Source: a virus. Taken from it: a stretch of DNA of 64,000 nucleotides. The stretch is taken from IMG/VR virus record IMGVR_UViG_3300032242_000738, positions 1 through 64,000 of that record; one strand, written 5' to 3'. The stretch's first letter is position 1; every line of letters starts with the position of its first letter. The notes under the pieces were generated by a model, which saw only the letters and a list, made by a program, of their open reading frames with translations, did not search any database and had not been told where the DNA came from. Shown piece after piece: positions 50,401 through 60,782 of this stretch. Made by a program: the position numbers and the translations under genes.

Positions 50401-53400
50401 ATTGATTGTTAGTGGTAATATCAATGCAGGTAACGTTACTGGTGGTAATGTAGTTAGCGCAAATTATTTAACTGGTAACTTAACAACAGCGGCTCAACCT
50501 AATATAACAAGTGTTGGTACATTAACAAGTTTAGGTGTTAATGGTACAGTGACCGCAGTGGCATTTACTGCTAATACAGGTGTGTTCACTGGTAATGGTG
50601 CTGGATTAACTAACTTAAATGGTGCAAATGTATCTGGTTCTATTGCTAATGCAACATATGCACTAAGTGCAAATACAGCAAACACTGCAATTACTGTAAC
50701 AGGTAATAGTCAACCAAATATAACTAGTGTTGGTACGTTAACTTCATTGATTGTTAGTGGTAATATTAATGCCGGCAATGTCAGTGGTGGTAATGCAGTA
50801 TCAGCTAATTATCTTATAGGTAACTTATATGGTACAGCTAATTTAGCTACATATGCAACAACTGCTAATAGTGTTGCCGGTGCTAATGTCTCTGGTCAAG
50901 TGGCTAACAGTTTGGTTGCAGGCACAGTATATACAAATAGTCAGCCAAATATTACAAGTGTTGGCACATTAACTAGCTTAACAGTATCTGGTACAACTAA
51001 TTTAGGTGCCGTAGGTAATGTTACAATTACTGGTGGTACTAGTGGTTATTATTTACAGACAAATGGATCAGGCACACTAACTTGGGCAGCTATCCCAGTT
51101 GGTTCAGGTATAAGTAATGGTAATAGTAATGTAAATATTCCTAGTAGTAATGGTAATGTTAATATCAGTGCTGTGGGTAACGCCAATGTACTAATAGTTA
51201 CAGGCACAGGGATTAATGTAGCTGGCACACTAAATGCTACAGGCAATGCAAACGTAGGTAATATAGGTGCTACTAATGGCGTATTTACTAATGTTAGTGG
51301 TAACGGATCAGCATTAAGTTCTATTACAGGTGCTAACGTAACTGGTACAGTCGCCAACGCAACAAATGCAACTAGTGCAACAAATGCGGCTGCGTTATTA
51401 CAAAACACATCAAGTGCTACAACAGTTTATCCAACATTCACTACTAGTAGTGCTAATGGAAACTCATCAGCAGTAATTAATACTAGCATCAGTGCTAATT
51501 TAGCCAATGGATCATTAACTGCAACAACATTTATAGGTAATGTTTCAGGTAACATCTCTGGAAATATTGCAGTAAGTGGTAGTAATACACAAGTGTTGTT
51601 TAATGATTCTGGCAACGCTAATGCTACAGCAGGATTTACATTTAACAAATCATCAAACTTAGTAACAATGACAGGCAATTTAGTAACTGCTAATGCTAAT
51701 TTAGGTAATGCCGCAACAGCTAATTACTTCATTGGTAACTTCTATGGAACTGCTAACTTAGCTACATATGCAACTACAGCTAATAGTGTCGCTGGTGCTA
51801 ATGTCTCTGGTCAAGTGTCTAATAGTTTAGTTGCAGGTACTGTATATACGGCAGCTCAGCCAAATATTACGTCAGTTGGTACACTAAGTAGTTTAACTGT
51901 AACAGCTAACACAACTAGTGGTAACTTAGTAACCGGTGGAGTAATAACAGTTAGTGGTACAGGCGTAAGTTCTATTAACGGTAATTTGAACATGAACAGC
52001 AAATATGTTGTTTCTGTGTCTGATCCAGTTAATGCACAAGATGTTGCAACAAAGAACTATGTAGATGGTTTGGTAGCCACTGGATTAGCATATCATACAG
52101 CAGTAGTAGCAGCCACAACTACTACATTAGCAATTACTACAGGTGGTACAGTAACATATAACAATGGTGCATCAGGTGTTGGTGCAAATCTTGTAACAAC
52201 AGGTTCATTTAATCTAATTGATACTGCAAACGTACAGACGGTAGGTACTCGTATCTTAGTTAAAGATGAAGCCAACGGAGCTTGGAATGGTGTTTATACA
52301 TGGGCTAATGCTACTACTATTGTACGTTCAACTGATACCAATAGTTATGGTCCGGGTACAACTCAATTAAGCGAAAACGATTATTTCTTTGTAAGTAGTG
52401 GTAGTGTTAATAAAGGATCTGCTTGGGTTGTAACTACTGCAGGTACAATTACTTTTGGTACAACTAATATTATTTTTAGTCAGTTTAGTAGCTCACAGAC
52501 TTATAATGCTGGTACTGGTTTAACACTAGCTAGTACAACATTTAGTATTAGCAATACGGCAGTAACGGCAGGTTCATATGGCAATGGTGATCGTGTTTCA
52601 ACATTTACAGTAAATAATCAAGGTCAATTAACTGCCGCAAGTAATACTGCTATAACTGCTAATGCGGCTAACTTGACAGGTACTACTCTTGCTTCAAGTG
52701 TTGTAACATCAAGTTTAACTACAGTAGGAAATGTAACAGCAGGTATCTGGAATAACAACATTGGTTTAAGTGCAACATTTGCCGCAGGACTGTCAGGTGC
52801 AAACTTAGCAAGCATCACTGGTGCTAACGTAACTGGACAAGTTGGTAACAGCTTAGTTGCAGGTACAGTATACACAAATGCACAACCTAATATTACAAGT
52901 GTTGGTACACTAACAAGTTTAGGTGTTAATGGTACTGTAACTGCTGTAGCATTTACTGCTAATACAGGAATATTTACAGGTAATGGTTCTGGATTAACTA
53001 ACATTAATGGTGCTAACGTAACTGGCTCTGTATCAACTACTGTAAGTGCAACAAATGCATCTGCGTTATTACAAAATACATCAAGTGCTACAACGGTATA
53101 TCCAACATTTACTACTAGTAGTGCAAATGGAAATTCACAAGCAGTATTCAATACTTCTATCAGTTCTAATTTAGCTAATGCATCTATTACTGCTACCACG
53201 TTTGTTGGTGCATTAAGTGGTACTGCTAGTTTAGCTACATATGCAACAACTGCTAATAGTGTTGCCGGCGCTAACGTAAGCGGTGCAGTAGCATACGCAA
53301 CCACAGCTAATAGTGTAGCAGGTGCTAATGTCTCCGGGGCTGTCACATATGCAACAACTGCTAATAGCGTAGCAGGTGCTAATGTAAGCGGTACCGTAGC

Positions 53401-55411
53401 TAATGCAACATATGCAGTAACAGCAGGAACAGCATATTCAGTAAGTGCAGGAAATATTTCTGGTACAGTCAATCTTGCCAATTATGCAACCACAGCTAAC
53501 AGTGTTGCTGGTGCTAATGTAAGTGGTGCGGTATCATACGCAACAACAGCCAACAGTGTCGCTGGTGCTAACGTAAGTGGTGCTGTAGCGTATGCAACCA
53601 CTGCTAATAGTGTAGCCGGTGCTAATGTTTCTGGTGCTGTAGCAAGTGCAACTAGTGCAACAAATGCAGCCGCATTATTACAAAATACATCTAGCGCAAC
53701 GACTGTATATCCAACATTCACTACTAGTAGTGCAAATGGAAATTCACAAGCAGTATTCAATACTTCTATCAGTTCTAATTTAGCCAATGCATCTATTACT
53801 GCTACAACATTTGTAGGTGCATTGAGTGGTACGGCAAGTTTAGCGACATATGCAACAACTGCTAATAGTGTAGCTGGTGCTAATGTATCCGGAGCAGTAA
53901 GCTATGCAACAACAGCCAATAGTGTAGCCGGTGCTAATGTAAGTGGTACAGTAGCCAATGCAACATATGCTACTAGTGCAGGCAGTGCAAGTTCAGCAAG
54001 TAGCGCAACTACTGCAGGAAGTGTAACTAACGCAGTAACATTCAACAATGGTGGAACAGGCGACGTATCAGGAACTACATACAACGGTGGTGCTGCAAGA
54101 ACTGTTTCATATAATACAGTTGGTGCTCCAAGTACTACAGGTACGAATGCCAGTGGTACATGGAATATTAATGTTACAGGTAGTGCAGGTAGTGCAAGCA
54201 CAGCCGGTAGTGCTACTACAGCCGGTAGTGCTACTACAGCAGGAAGCGTAACTAATTCTGTAACATTCAATAGTGGTGGTGCAGGAGACGCATCAGGTAC
54301 TACATTCAATGGCGGCGCCGCAAGAACAGTTTCATATAATACAGTAGGTGCGCCTAGTACTACTGGCACAAATGCTAGTGGTACATGGAGTATTAATGTT
54401 ACCGGTAGTGCAGGTAGTGCAGGTAGCGCATCCAGTGCAACCACTGCAGGTAGTGTAACAAACTCAGTTACATTTAGTACTTCAGGAGGTGCTGCAGCCG
54501 GAACGACATTTAACGGAGGTGCTGCTAGAACTGTTGATTATAGTACAGTAGGTGCGCCTAGTACTACTGGTACAAATGCTAGTGGTACATGGAGTATTAA
54601 TGTTACCGGTAGTGCAGGTAGTGCAAGTACAGCAGGTACTGTAACAACTGCGGCACAACCAAACATTACTAGCGTTGGTACATTGAGTAGCTTATCTGTA
54701 TCTGGTAACATTAGTGGTGGTAACGTTGGGGGTATTATTAGACCTACTGCAGGTAGTGGTACAGCTGGTATTATATTCCCTGCAGACCCCGGAGGCGGAT
54801 CCGGCGATTTGGCAACAATCAAATATTATGCAATAACAGGTGAAACAACTGTATTAGAATTAACTGTAACTAATGATGCTGATGATACTATTAAGTTAAA
54901 TGCCAGTGGCGGAACAACTATTACAAACACATTAACTACTACATCTATAAGTGCAGGATCTAGTGGCACAGCCGGTACTATTACTGGCAACTGGTCACTA
55001 AGTGGTGGTTCACGCTTAAATGCAACATATGCTGACTTAGCAGAATATTACAAATCTGATACTGAACTTGTTGCGGGTGACGTAGTTGTACTAGGTGGTG
55101 ATTTTGATGTAACACTAACAGATGAATCACACGACCACAGAGTTGCAGGTATTGTTAGTACTGATCCAGCATATTTAATGAATCGCAAAGAAGATGATAC
55201 AGGATATGTTGCTGTTGCACTAACAGGACGAGTACCATGCAAAGTAAATGGACCAGTAAGAAAAGGTGATTTATTAGTAAGCTCATCACAAAAAGGTGTA
55301 GCACAAAAATTAGATAATACAAAATGGGTACCAGGTTGTGTTATAGGTAAAGCTATGGAAAACGTTGATGAAGGGCTACATATCATTGAAGTAGCAGTCG
55401 GTCGTTTCTAA
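47492..55411 (+). CDS. giant repetitive tail fibre (2639 aa) with gp9/gp10-like N-terminus and C-terminal autoproteolytic chaperone domain
   Basis: IDFG..PDD..AD.IR.AF.K...NF; AQPNITSVGTL and YATTANSVAGANVSG repeats; YADLAEYY...GRVPCKV. Confidence 0.8.
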   Translation: MSQQNIDFGAFPDDPQADAIRIAFQKVQNNFDQLFSTASVGVVTSVNQNAGAGIQVNTPTGNVIVSANIACVQVATSSLSIGQGGNGGTSATITQSSQTLVVDINPANVFSNNFAAVGGGLANITGTLTASASAQPNITTVGTLGNLVVTGDTTSGNVYANSGTVVASILTGTLTTNAQPNITSVGTLSSLTVTGTITSGNATLGNTANANYFVGDGSQLTNIRADGGTSTILSNGTSNVNIPVVSSNVTIGVSGTANTVVFTTTGVNVSGYLNANRLISTVATGTAPLTVTSTTQVANLNAATAGLATYATTANSVAGANVSGAVPYATTANSVAGANVSGAVGSATNASAVLNSTQTTGTYYPAFVSSTVTGNYALASNTAFSANLANGSLTATTFIGNVQGNVNGNISGNINVSGSNTQVLFNDSGNANATAGFTFNKSSNLVTMAGNLITANANLGNAASANYFIGSGNNLSNIQGANVSGAVPYATTANNVAGANVSGIVANATYATNAGSATTAGTVTTAAQPNITSVGTLSSLIVSGNINAGNLSANNFTVNNANISGQYITTLTTGTAPLVVYSTTQVANLNAATAGLATYATTANAVAGANVSGAVAYATTANSVAGANVSGAVASATNASAVLQNTSTATTAYPTFTTSSANGNSSIVINTSINANLSNGALTATTFIGNFQGNISGNISVGGSNTQVLFNDSGNANATAGFTFNKSSNLVTLSGNLIAANANLGNAATANYFIGNFYGLANNSTTAGTVTSNAQPNITSLGTLSSLSVTGNISSGNASLGNSVSANYFVGSGNNLSNIQAANITGAIPYANIANNVAGANVSGQVGNSLIASTVYTNAQPNITSVGTLTGLTVSGSTNLGNVGNVTITGGSANYFLMTNGSGALTWTNAALSPVPGSNTQVIFNDGSAYGANSNLTFNKSTGALSATLLTGTLTTAAQPNVTSVGTLTSLIVSGNINAGNVTGGNVVSANYLTGNLTTAAQPNITSVGTLTSLGVNGTVTAVAFTANTGVFTGNGAGLTNLNGANVSGSIANATYALSANTANTAITVTGNSQPNITSVGTLTSLIVSGNINAGNVSGGNAVSANYLIGNLYGTANLATYATTANSVAGANVSGQVANSLVAGTVYTNSQPNITSVGTLTSLTVSGTTNLGAVGNVTITGGTSGYYLQTNGSGTLTWAAIPVGSGISNGNSNVNIPSSNGNVNISAVGNANVLIVTGTGINVAGTLNATGNANVGNIGATNGVFTNVSGNGSALSSITGANVTGTVANATNATSATNAAALLQNTSSATTVYPTFTTSSANGNSSAVINTSISANLANGSLTATTFIGNVSGNISGNIAVSGSNTQVLFNDSGNANATAGFTFNKSSNLVTMTGNLVTANANLGNAATANYFIGNFYGTANLATYATTANSVAGANVSGQVSNSLVAGTVYTAAQPNITSVGTLSSLTVTANTTSGNLVTGGVITVSGTGVSSINGNLNMNSKYVVSVSDPVNAQDVATKNYVDGLVATGLAYHTAVVAATTTTLAITTGGTVTYNNGASGVGANLVTTGSFNLIDTANVQTVGTRILVKDEANGAWNGVYTWANATTIVRSTDTNSYGPGTTQLSENDYFFVSSGSVNKGSAWVVTTAGTITFGTTNIIFSQFSSSQTYNAGTGLTLASTTFSISNTAVTAGSYGNGDRVSTFTVNNQGQLTAASNTAITANAANLTGTTLASSVVTSSLTTVGNVTAGIWNNNIGLSATFAAGLSGANLASITGANVTGQVGNSLVAGTVYTNAQPNITSVGTLTSLGVNGTVTAVAFTANTGIFTGNGSGLTNINGANVTGSVSTTVSATNASALLQNTSSATTVYPTFTTSSANGNSQAVFNTSISSNLANASITATTFVGALSGTASLATYATTANSVAGANVSGAVAYATTANSVAGANVSGAVTYATTANSVAGANVSGTVANATYAVTAGTAYSVSAGNISGTVNLANYATTANSVAGANVSGAVSYATTANSVAGANVSGAVAYATTANSVAGANVSGAVASATSATNAAALLQNTSSATTVYPTFTTSSANGNSQAVFNTSISSNLANASITATTFVGALSGTASLATYATTANSVAGANVSGAVSYATTANSVAGANVSGTVANATYATSAGSASSASSATTAGSVTNAVTFNNGGTGDVSGTTYNGGAARTVSYNTVGAPSTTGTNASGTWNINVTGSAGSASTAGSATTAGSATTAGSVTNSVTFNSGGAGDASGTTFNGGAARTVSYNTVGAPSTTGTNASGTWSINVTGSAGSAGSASSATTAGSVTNSVTFSTSGGAAAGTTFNGGAARTVDYSTVGAPSTTGTNASGTWSINVTGSAGSASTAGTVTTAAQPNITSVGTLSSLSVSGNISGGNVGGIIRPTAGSGTAGIIFPADPGGGSGDLATIKYYAITGETTVLELTVTNDADDTIKLNASGGTTITNTLTTTSISAGSSGTAGTITGNWSLSGGSRLNATYADLAEYYKSDTELVAGDVVVLGGDFDVTLTDESHDHRVAGIVSTDPAYLMNRKEDDTGYVAVALTGRVPCKVNGPVRKGDLLVSSSQKGVAQKLDNTKWVPGCVIGKAMENVDEGLHIIEVAVGRF

Positions 55412-55425
55412 TAAAAGGAAAATAA

Positions 55426-56046
55426 ATGGTAACAATAGAATTATTAACAGCAATGTGTCCAAAAACAAAACGCTCTATATTAGAGGGTTATGTTGAGCCA
55501 CTAAACACAGTAGCAGAATACTATGAGATGTTTGACAACCCAAAACGTGTTGCAGGCTTCTTAGCACAAGTAGCACATGAAAGCGGTGGGTTTAATGCTA
55601 CAGTTGAAAACTTAAATTATAGTGCTAAGGGATTGATGGGTACTTTTAAAAAGTATTTCCCGTCAGAAGATATCGCTAAACAATATGAACGTAAGCCAGA
55701 AATGATTGCTAATCGTGTTTATGCTAATCGTATGAAAAATGGTGATGAACATAGTGGTGATGGCTACAGATTTAGAGGGCGTGGATTAATACAATTGACC
55801 GGTCGTGATAACTATACCAAGTTTGCTGAAGCATTAGATATGAGTATTGAAGATACAGTAGCATATTTAGAAACACCAAATGGTGCTGTTGCGAGTGCCG
55901 GTTGGTTCTGGGATAACAATAAACTAAATCAATACTGTGACCGTGATGATTTTGTTACATTAACAAAACGTATTAATGGTGGTACTATTGGTTTGGAAGA
56001 TAGACAACATCACTATCATATTGCATTACAATATTTAGGCGCATAA
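55426..56046 (+). CDS. GH19 family endolysin
   Basis: FLAQVAHESG, FRGRGLIQLTGRDNY, TKRINGG. Confidence 0.92.
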   Translation: MVTIELLTAMCPKTKRSILEGYVEPLNTVAEYYEMFDNPKRVAGFLAQVAHESGGFNATVENLNYSAKGLMGTFKKYFPSEDIAKQYERKPEMIANRVYANRMKNGDEHSGDGYRFRGRGLIQLTGRDNYTKFAEALDMSIEDTVAYLETPNGAVASAGWFWDNNKLNQYCDRDDFVTLTKRINGGTIGLEDRQHHYHIALQYLGA

Positions 56047-56048
56047 TA

Positions 56049-58430
56049 ATGGCACAACCAATTTGGAATACCCCAGCTGGCTCTTTAGGTAGATATCCTG
56101 CTACAATAGCATTGGCAACACAATTATCAGCTACAGCCGTATCTCCTGCAACTACCGTCACTTATAAAGTATTAAGTGGCAAATTGCCATCTGGAATTAG
56201 TATCAGTTCTAATGGATTAATTAGTGGTACTCCTACATTGGTTACGTCAGATACAACTAGTTCTTTTACTATTAGAGCTACTGATAATTTGTCTAATATA
56301 CGTGATAGAACTTTCTCAATGACAATATCTGGTTTAGCTATACCAAGGTTTACTACGCCAATTGGTAGCATATTAAACACGTTAGATAGTTTATGGATTT
56401 CATTACCTATAACATATTCAAATCCAGTAAGCACAAATAAAATTGTAGTAGAATTACAAGAGGGCACATTGCCACCTGGATTAGAAATAAATAGTCAAGG
56501 ATTGATTAGAGGATATCCAAATCCTCCTACAGTAAATGTTACTTTAAATCAAGTAACCACAGTAGCAACATTATCAGATACTACTAATTTGATAACATGT
56601 ACTAGTACTACACAATTTACAGTAGGCAGACCAGTAGTTTTTACAGGTACAACATTTGGTGGTATAGTTAGCGGTACTACATATTATATAAAGACCATTA
56701 ATAGTAATACTACTTTTACTATATCAGCTACTCAGTACGGTAATGTATTTACGTTAACGTCCGGATCAGGATCAATGACTGTTACTTTACCTGCAACATC
56801 GGTAGGTCAACCAACAATACGTACATATTCATTCGTACTTAGACTATCAAGTCTATTAGGTGGAGATACCGCAAATTATACAATTACAGTAGTAAATCAA
56901 AATACACCTGTTAATCAAGGTGGTCCAGGTAATGTTTCTAATTCACGTACCCCTACAATACTTAACACTAGACCTAGAACATTTGTAATACCAAATAGCG
57001 ACCCCTATCAAGGATATTATATATTACCACCTGTTAGTCCTTCTGTAAATGCATTTATAGGCACCATAAAAAGTGGAGAATACTTTACTTTTAAAGTAAT
57101 AGGTTATGATTTTGATGGTAATTCACTAACATATCACTATACAAATTTACCTACAGGATTAACAGGAGATACTGTTACTGGTTGGATAACAGGTACACCT
57201 ACACTAAGTTCAAATGGATTAAGTACCTTTAGTTTTTCTGTAAATGTATATAAAACAAATAACAGTAGTATAACTTCTACTAACTTTAATTATAGTTATA
57301 ATGTAAGTAAAGTAATTACTGATACCGTAATATGGATAACTCCATCAGATTTGGGAACAATATCTAATAGTACAGTAAGCACATTAAGTGTATTTGCTGA
57401 AGCAGATACTACTTTAAATTATAGAATAACTAGTGGTTTATTGCCCAATAATCTTATACTACTAGACAACGGTGAAATAACCGGTAGAGTAGCGGATCAA
57501 CCTACTAGTACACTATTAGCACAAAACAGTGAAACAGTTTTTACATTTACAATACAAGCCTATTCAGAACTATATCCAGGAGTAGAGTCTAGTAAGACAT
57601 TTACAGTAACAGTATTACAGCAATATGCTAGACCAACTGATACGCTTTATATTAAGGCAACTCCTAGTGTAGATGATAGAAATATTATCAATAGTTTATT
57701 GACAAATACTACATTAATTCCTGATGAGTATGTATATAGACTTGATGATATATATTTTGGAAAAGCAACTGATGTAATATATGAACACGCATATGGTATA
57801 TATGCAAGTGATATAGGTGAGTATTTGGCAGCGGTCACCGAAAATCATTATTGGAGAAATATTACATTAGGTGAGATAAAAACTGCAGTAGCAAAAAATA
57901 GTGCAGGCGATGTAATTTATGAAGTAGTATACAGCGAAGTTATTGACGATCTGGTTAATCCATCAGGTATTAGCGTACAACAAGAGATATATTGGCCTAG
58001 ACCAATAGATTTAAACCCGGGTACTGTAAGAACATTATACCCAAACAGTTTATTTAATATGCGTAATCGTGTAGCACAAGTTGTTGGACAAGAATATGAC
58101 AGTGGATTGTTACCTTTGTGGATGACCAGTCAACAGTCAAATGGTGGTATATTGGGCTATACACAAGCTTGGGTAATATGTTATACTAAACCGGGATTTG
58201 CTAATAAAATTAAACAAGATATACAAGATACGTGGCCATATACATTAAATCAAATTAATTTTAAAATTGACAGATTTACTGTAGATAAGAGTGAAACATA
58301 TAATTATGATAAGAACTTAACTCCGGCAGCTTGGACAGGATTACCCAGTGCAAGTCCTGTACCCGATCCATTGGACAGTAAGGATTTCTATGTATTGTTC
58401 CCTAGACAAACAATTTTACCAAACCAATAA
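56049..58430 (+). CDS. baseplate wedge-type protein with Ig-like repeats
   Basis: LP.G..I...G.I.GTP repeats; YEVVY, LPLWM. Confidence 0.7.
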   Translation: MAQPIWNTPAGSLGRYPATIALATQLSATAVSPATTVTYKVLSGKLPSGISISSNGLISGTPTLVTSDTTSSFTIRATDNLSNIRDRTFSMTISGLAIPRFTTPIGSILNTLDSLWISLPITYSNPVSTNKIVVELQEGTLPPGLEINSQGLIRGYPNPPTVNVTLNQVTTVATLSDTTNLITCTSTTQFTVGRPVVFTGTTFGGIVSGTTYYIKTINSNTTFTISATQYGNVFTLTSGSGSMTVTLPATSVGQPTIRTYSFVLRLSSLLGGDTANYTITVVNQNTPVNQGGPGNVSNSRTPTILNTRPRTFVIPNSDPYQGYYILPPVSPSVNAFIGTIKSGEYFTFKVIGYDFDGNSLTYHYTNLPTGLTGDTVTGWITGTPTLSSNGLSTFSFSVNVYKTNNSSITSTNFNYSYNVSKVITDTVIWITPSDLGTISNSTVSTLSVFAEADTTLNYRITSGLLPNNLILLDNGEITGRVADQPTSTLLAQNSETVFTFTIQAYSELYPGVESSKTFTVTVLQQYARPTDTLYIKATPSVDDRNIINSLLTNTTLIPDEYVYRLDDIYFGKATDVIYEHAYGIYASDIGEYLAAVTENHYWRNITLGEIKTAVAKNSAGDVIYEVVYSEVIDDLVNPSGISVQQEIYWPRPIDLNPGTVRTLYPNSLFNMRNRVAQVVGQEYDSGLLPLWMTSQQSNGGILGYTQAWVICYTKPGFANKIKQDIQDTWPYTLNQINFKIDRFTVDKSETYNYDKNLTPAAWTGLPSASPVPDPLDSKDFYVLFPRQTILPNQ

Positions 58431-58462
58431 CAATACTAAATATATAACGGAACAAAAAGAAT

Positions 58463-59860
58463 ATGAGTACAATTAACACAAACGGTATCAATGTAAATTA
58501 CCCTGTACCAGGGGTGAATAACAATAGTCAAGGATTCAGAGATAACTTTGCATCTATTAGAACTAATTTAAATACAGCTGCCAATGAAATCACTGACCTA
58601 CAAAATAAAGTTGTAGTTAAATCTGCACTGGCTAACTCTATTGTTAATAACGACATGGCTAATACTCTTATTAGTAATGCATTAACACGTAGTTTTCGTG
58701 CTAGTACTTATAATTTGGGCGGCGCACTATCTGGTATCGTGTCAGTTAATGTATCATTAGGTGATGTACAATATGGTACAATCGCAGGTAATACTACCAT
58801 TCAATTTACAGGATGGAGTCCAACTGGTACTCAAAGTAATGTACAATTACAACTAGCAGTATCAAATAACTTAGCAACAATTTCATTACCAGCAGAAGTT
58901 ACAACTGGTGTAACATCATTAGAAAACTATGCAAATGTTGCTAATACTACTACCATTACAGTACCGTATGGTGTAACACAATTAGATTATAGATTTAGTA
59001 CAATTGATTGTGGTAATACAATAGTTGTAGAACCATATAATAATAGTAGAGTAGCATCACAAGTTCAAAGTCGCACACCATCTCCAACTGGTTCGCAAGG
59101 TGATGTAGCCGGTGATGTTGCTGTAGATGCAAATTACATTTACGTTTGTACTGGTTCATTTGATTCAAATGTAGCAAATACTATATCTATACCCAGTATT
59201 ACATCAACATATGCAGGTAATTTAATAGACTGTGTTACTACTAGTAGTTTAAGAGTAAATTCACCAATCATATTTAATGGAACTACTTGGGGAAATATTG
59301 TTGCAAATACAGTTTATTATATCAAAACAATACCTGACTCTGCTAATATAACAATTAGTGCTACTGGTTTTAGTGGTATTGCTGGATCAACATTTGTTAT
59401 TAGTGCTGGCACCGGTGCTATGGCAGCGAATAGTTATAACGGTACAGCTATATGGAAAAGTATTGAATTGGCTGGTTTGGGTAGTGCTAATCAAACAATT
59501 CAGGGTAGTTTAACAGTGGGTGGACTATTAGCAGTAAGTTCTAGTGATACTGTTACCGCAGCCGGAACTTTCCAATCAAATGCTACATTATTGTCAAATA
59601 ATATTAATATTGTAACCACTGCACCAACTAGTTCAGGTGTAAAATTACCAATAGCAGTTGCTGGATATAGAATAATCATAAGAAATAATACAGCTAATAC
59701 AATAAATGTATATCCAAATACAGGATCTGAGATTAACGGCGGATCTATCAATGTTCCAGTAACACTAGGTGCTTCATCCTCAACAGAATATTTCTGTTCT
59801 ACCAGTGCTATCTCTAATGTAGGTGGACATTGGTATACATTAAATTCTACTTACGCATAA
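58463..59860 (+). CDS. baseplate/fibre-associated structural protein
   Basis: YPVPG.NNNSQGFRDNF N-terminus; CTAAATA at 58436. Confidence 0.65.
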   Translation: MSTINTNGINVNYPVPGVNNNSQGFRDNFASIRTNLNTAANEITDLQNKVVVKSALANSIVNNDMANTLISNALTRSFRASTYNLGGALSGIVSVNVSLGDVQYGTIAGNTTIQFTGWSPTGTQSNVQLQLAVSNNLATISLPAEVTTGVTSLENYANVANTTTITVPYGVTQLDYRFSTIDCGNTIVVEPYNNSRVASQVQSRTPSPTGSQGDVAGDVAVDANYIYVCTGSFDSNVANTISIPSITSTYAGNLIDCVTTSSLRVNSPIIFNGTTWGNIVANTVYYIKTIPDSANITISATGFSGIAGSTFVISAGTGAMAANSYNGTAIWKSIELAGLGSANQTIQGSLTVGGLLAVSSSDTVTAAGTFQSNATLLSNNINIVTTAPTSSGVKLPIAVAGYRIIIRNNTANTINVYPNTGSEINGGSINVPVTLGASSSTEYFCSTSAISNVGGHWYTLNSTYA

Positions 59861-59895
59861 AAATATCAAGGACATATTATCCGATAAATATTTGA

Positions 59896-60129
59896 ATGGA
59901 ACATCCCTTCATCTCATCACTATCGGATAAGACATTAGAAGAACTACAAACTTCTATTTCTGAACTAACCAAAAAACTTAACTTTGCATATCGTATGCAG
60001 AATGGAGCAATGATCCATCAATTAAATATGGTAATAGAAAGTTACCGAAAAGAATACGGTCGCAAAATGGATGAGTTACTCAAAAAGCAAGGTGACCGTA
60101 CACAAATTAACATTCAAAAAGAAAGCTAA
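59896..60129 (+). CDS. small hypothetical protein
   Basis: GATAAATA 5 nt upstream. Confidence 0.65.
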   Translation: MEHPFISSLSDKTLEELQTSISELTKKLNFAYRMQNGAMIHQLNMVIESYRKEYGRKMDELLKKQGDRTQINIQKES

Positions 60130-60131
60130 AA

Positions 60132-60734
60132 TTGACCACACGTATACAAAGAGACTTTTCATTTCAAGCAGGTGTTTATTTTAAAGAAGAATTTTTAATG
60201 AGCCTCTATACTATAACATGTTACATGGAAGTAGAAACTGAATCTATCAGAGAACAAAACGTAGCAATGGAACGAATAAAGTATTTCTTAAACGAATGTT
60301 TAGACAATTGTTTTTTTGTTCAGGATATTGAACATAAAGTGATTGAGAAATACATGTCATGTGGTTTTAAAGTGTGTACCGTACCAGAAGAACCCTATGA
60401 CCAAATTGTTGCACTATTACTATTAACTAAACTTAACAGTATAACTGAAGGTAGGTTGGTTATTACTGACCTAACATTAGGTTCACGTATAAGTGATGAA
60501 GTTAAGTTTATATGTGATATTGAAAGTCCTCTTGGTCCATTGGAAGCACCAGGTTGGTGGACAGATAACGGAACATCAATCTCTAACCCTATTAAAAAAT
60601 CAGTAAAAAAAGATAAAATAGTTAAACTATTTAAAACTACAACAACAGATTGGGCAGACTATAATTTAGTTTGGAAAGAAAAAGACCCATTGTCTAAGTG
60701 TGAAATTGTTTTTACAACTGAACAAGAAAAATAA
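60132..60734 (+). CDS. hypothetical protein, possible degenerate QueD/T-fold
   Basis: TTG start; see findings. Confidence 0.6.
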   Translation: MTTRIQRDFSFQAGVYFKEEFLMSLYTITCYMEVETESIREQNVAMERIKYFLNECLDNCFFVQDIEHKVIEKYMSCGFKVCTVPEEPYDQIVALLLLTKLNSITEGRLVITDLTLGSRISDEVKFICDIESPLGPLEAPGWWTDNGTSISNPIKKSVKKDKIVKLFKTTTTDWADYNLVWKEKDPLSKCEIVFTTEQEK

Positions 60735-60782
60735 GTATCCAAAATTATTGTATTACAATACCATTTGTGATATAATAAACAA

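Noticed and set aside
47782-55386. Many minus-strand ORFs inside the giant fibre gene
   Set aside because: Antisense shadows of repetitive codon usage; no RBS or motifs
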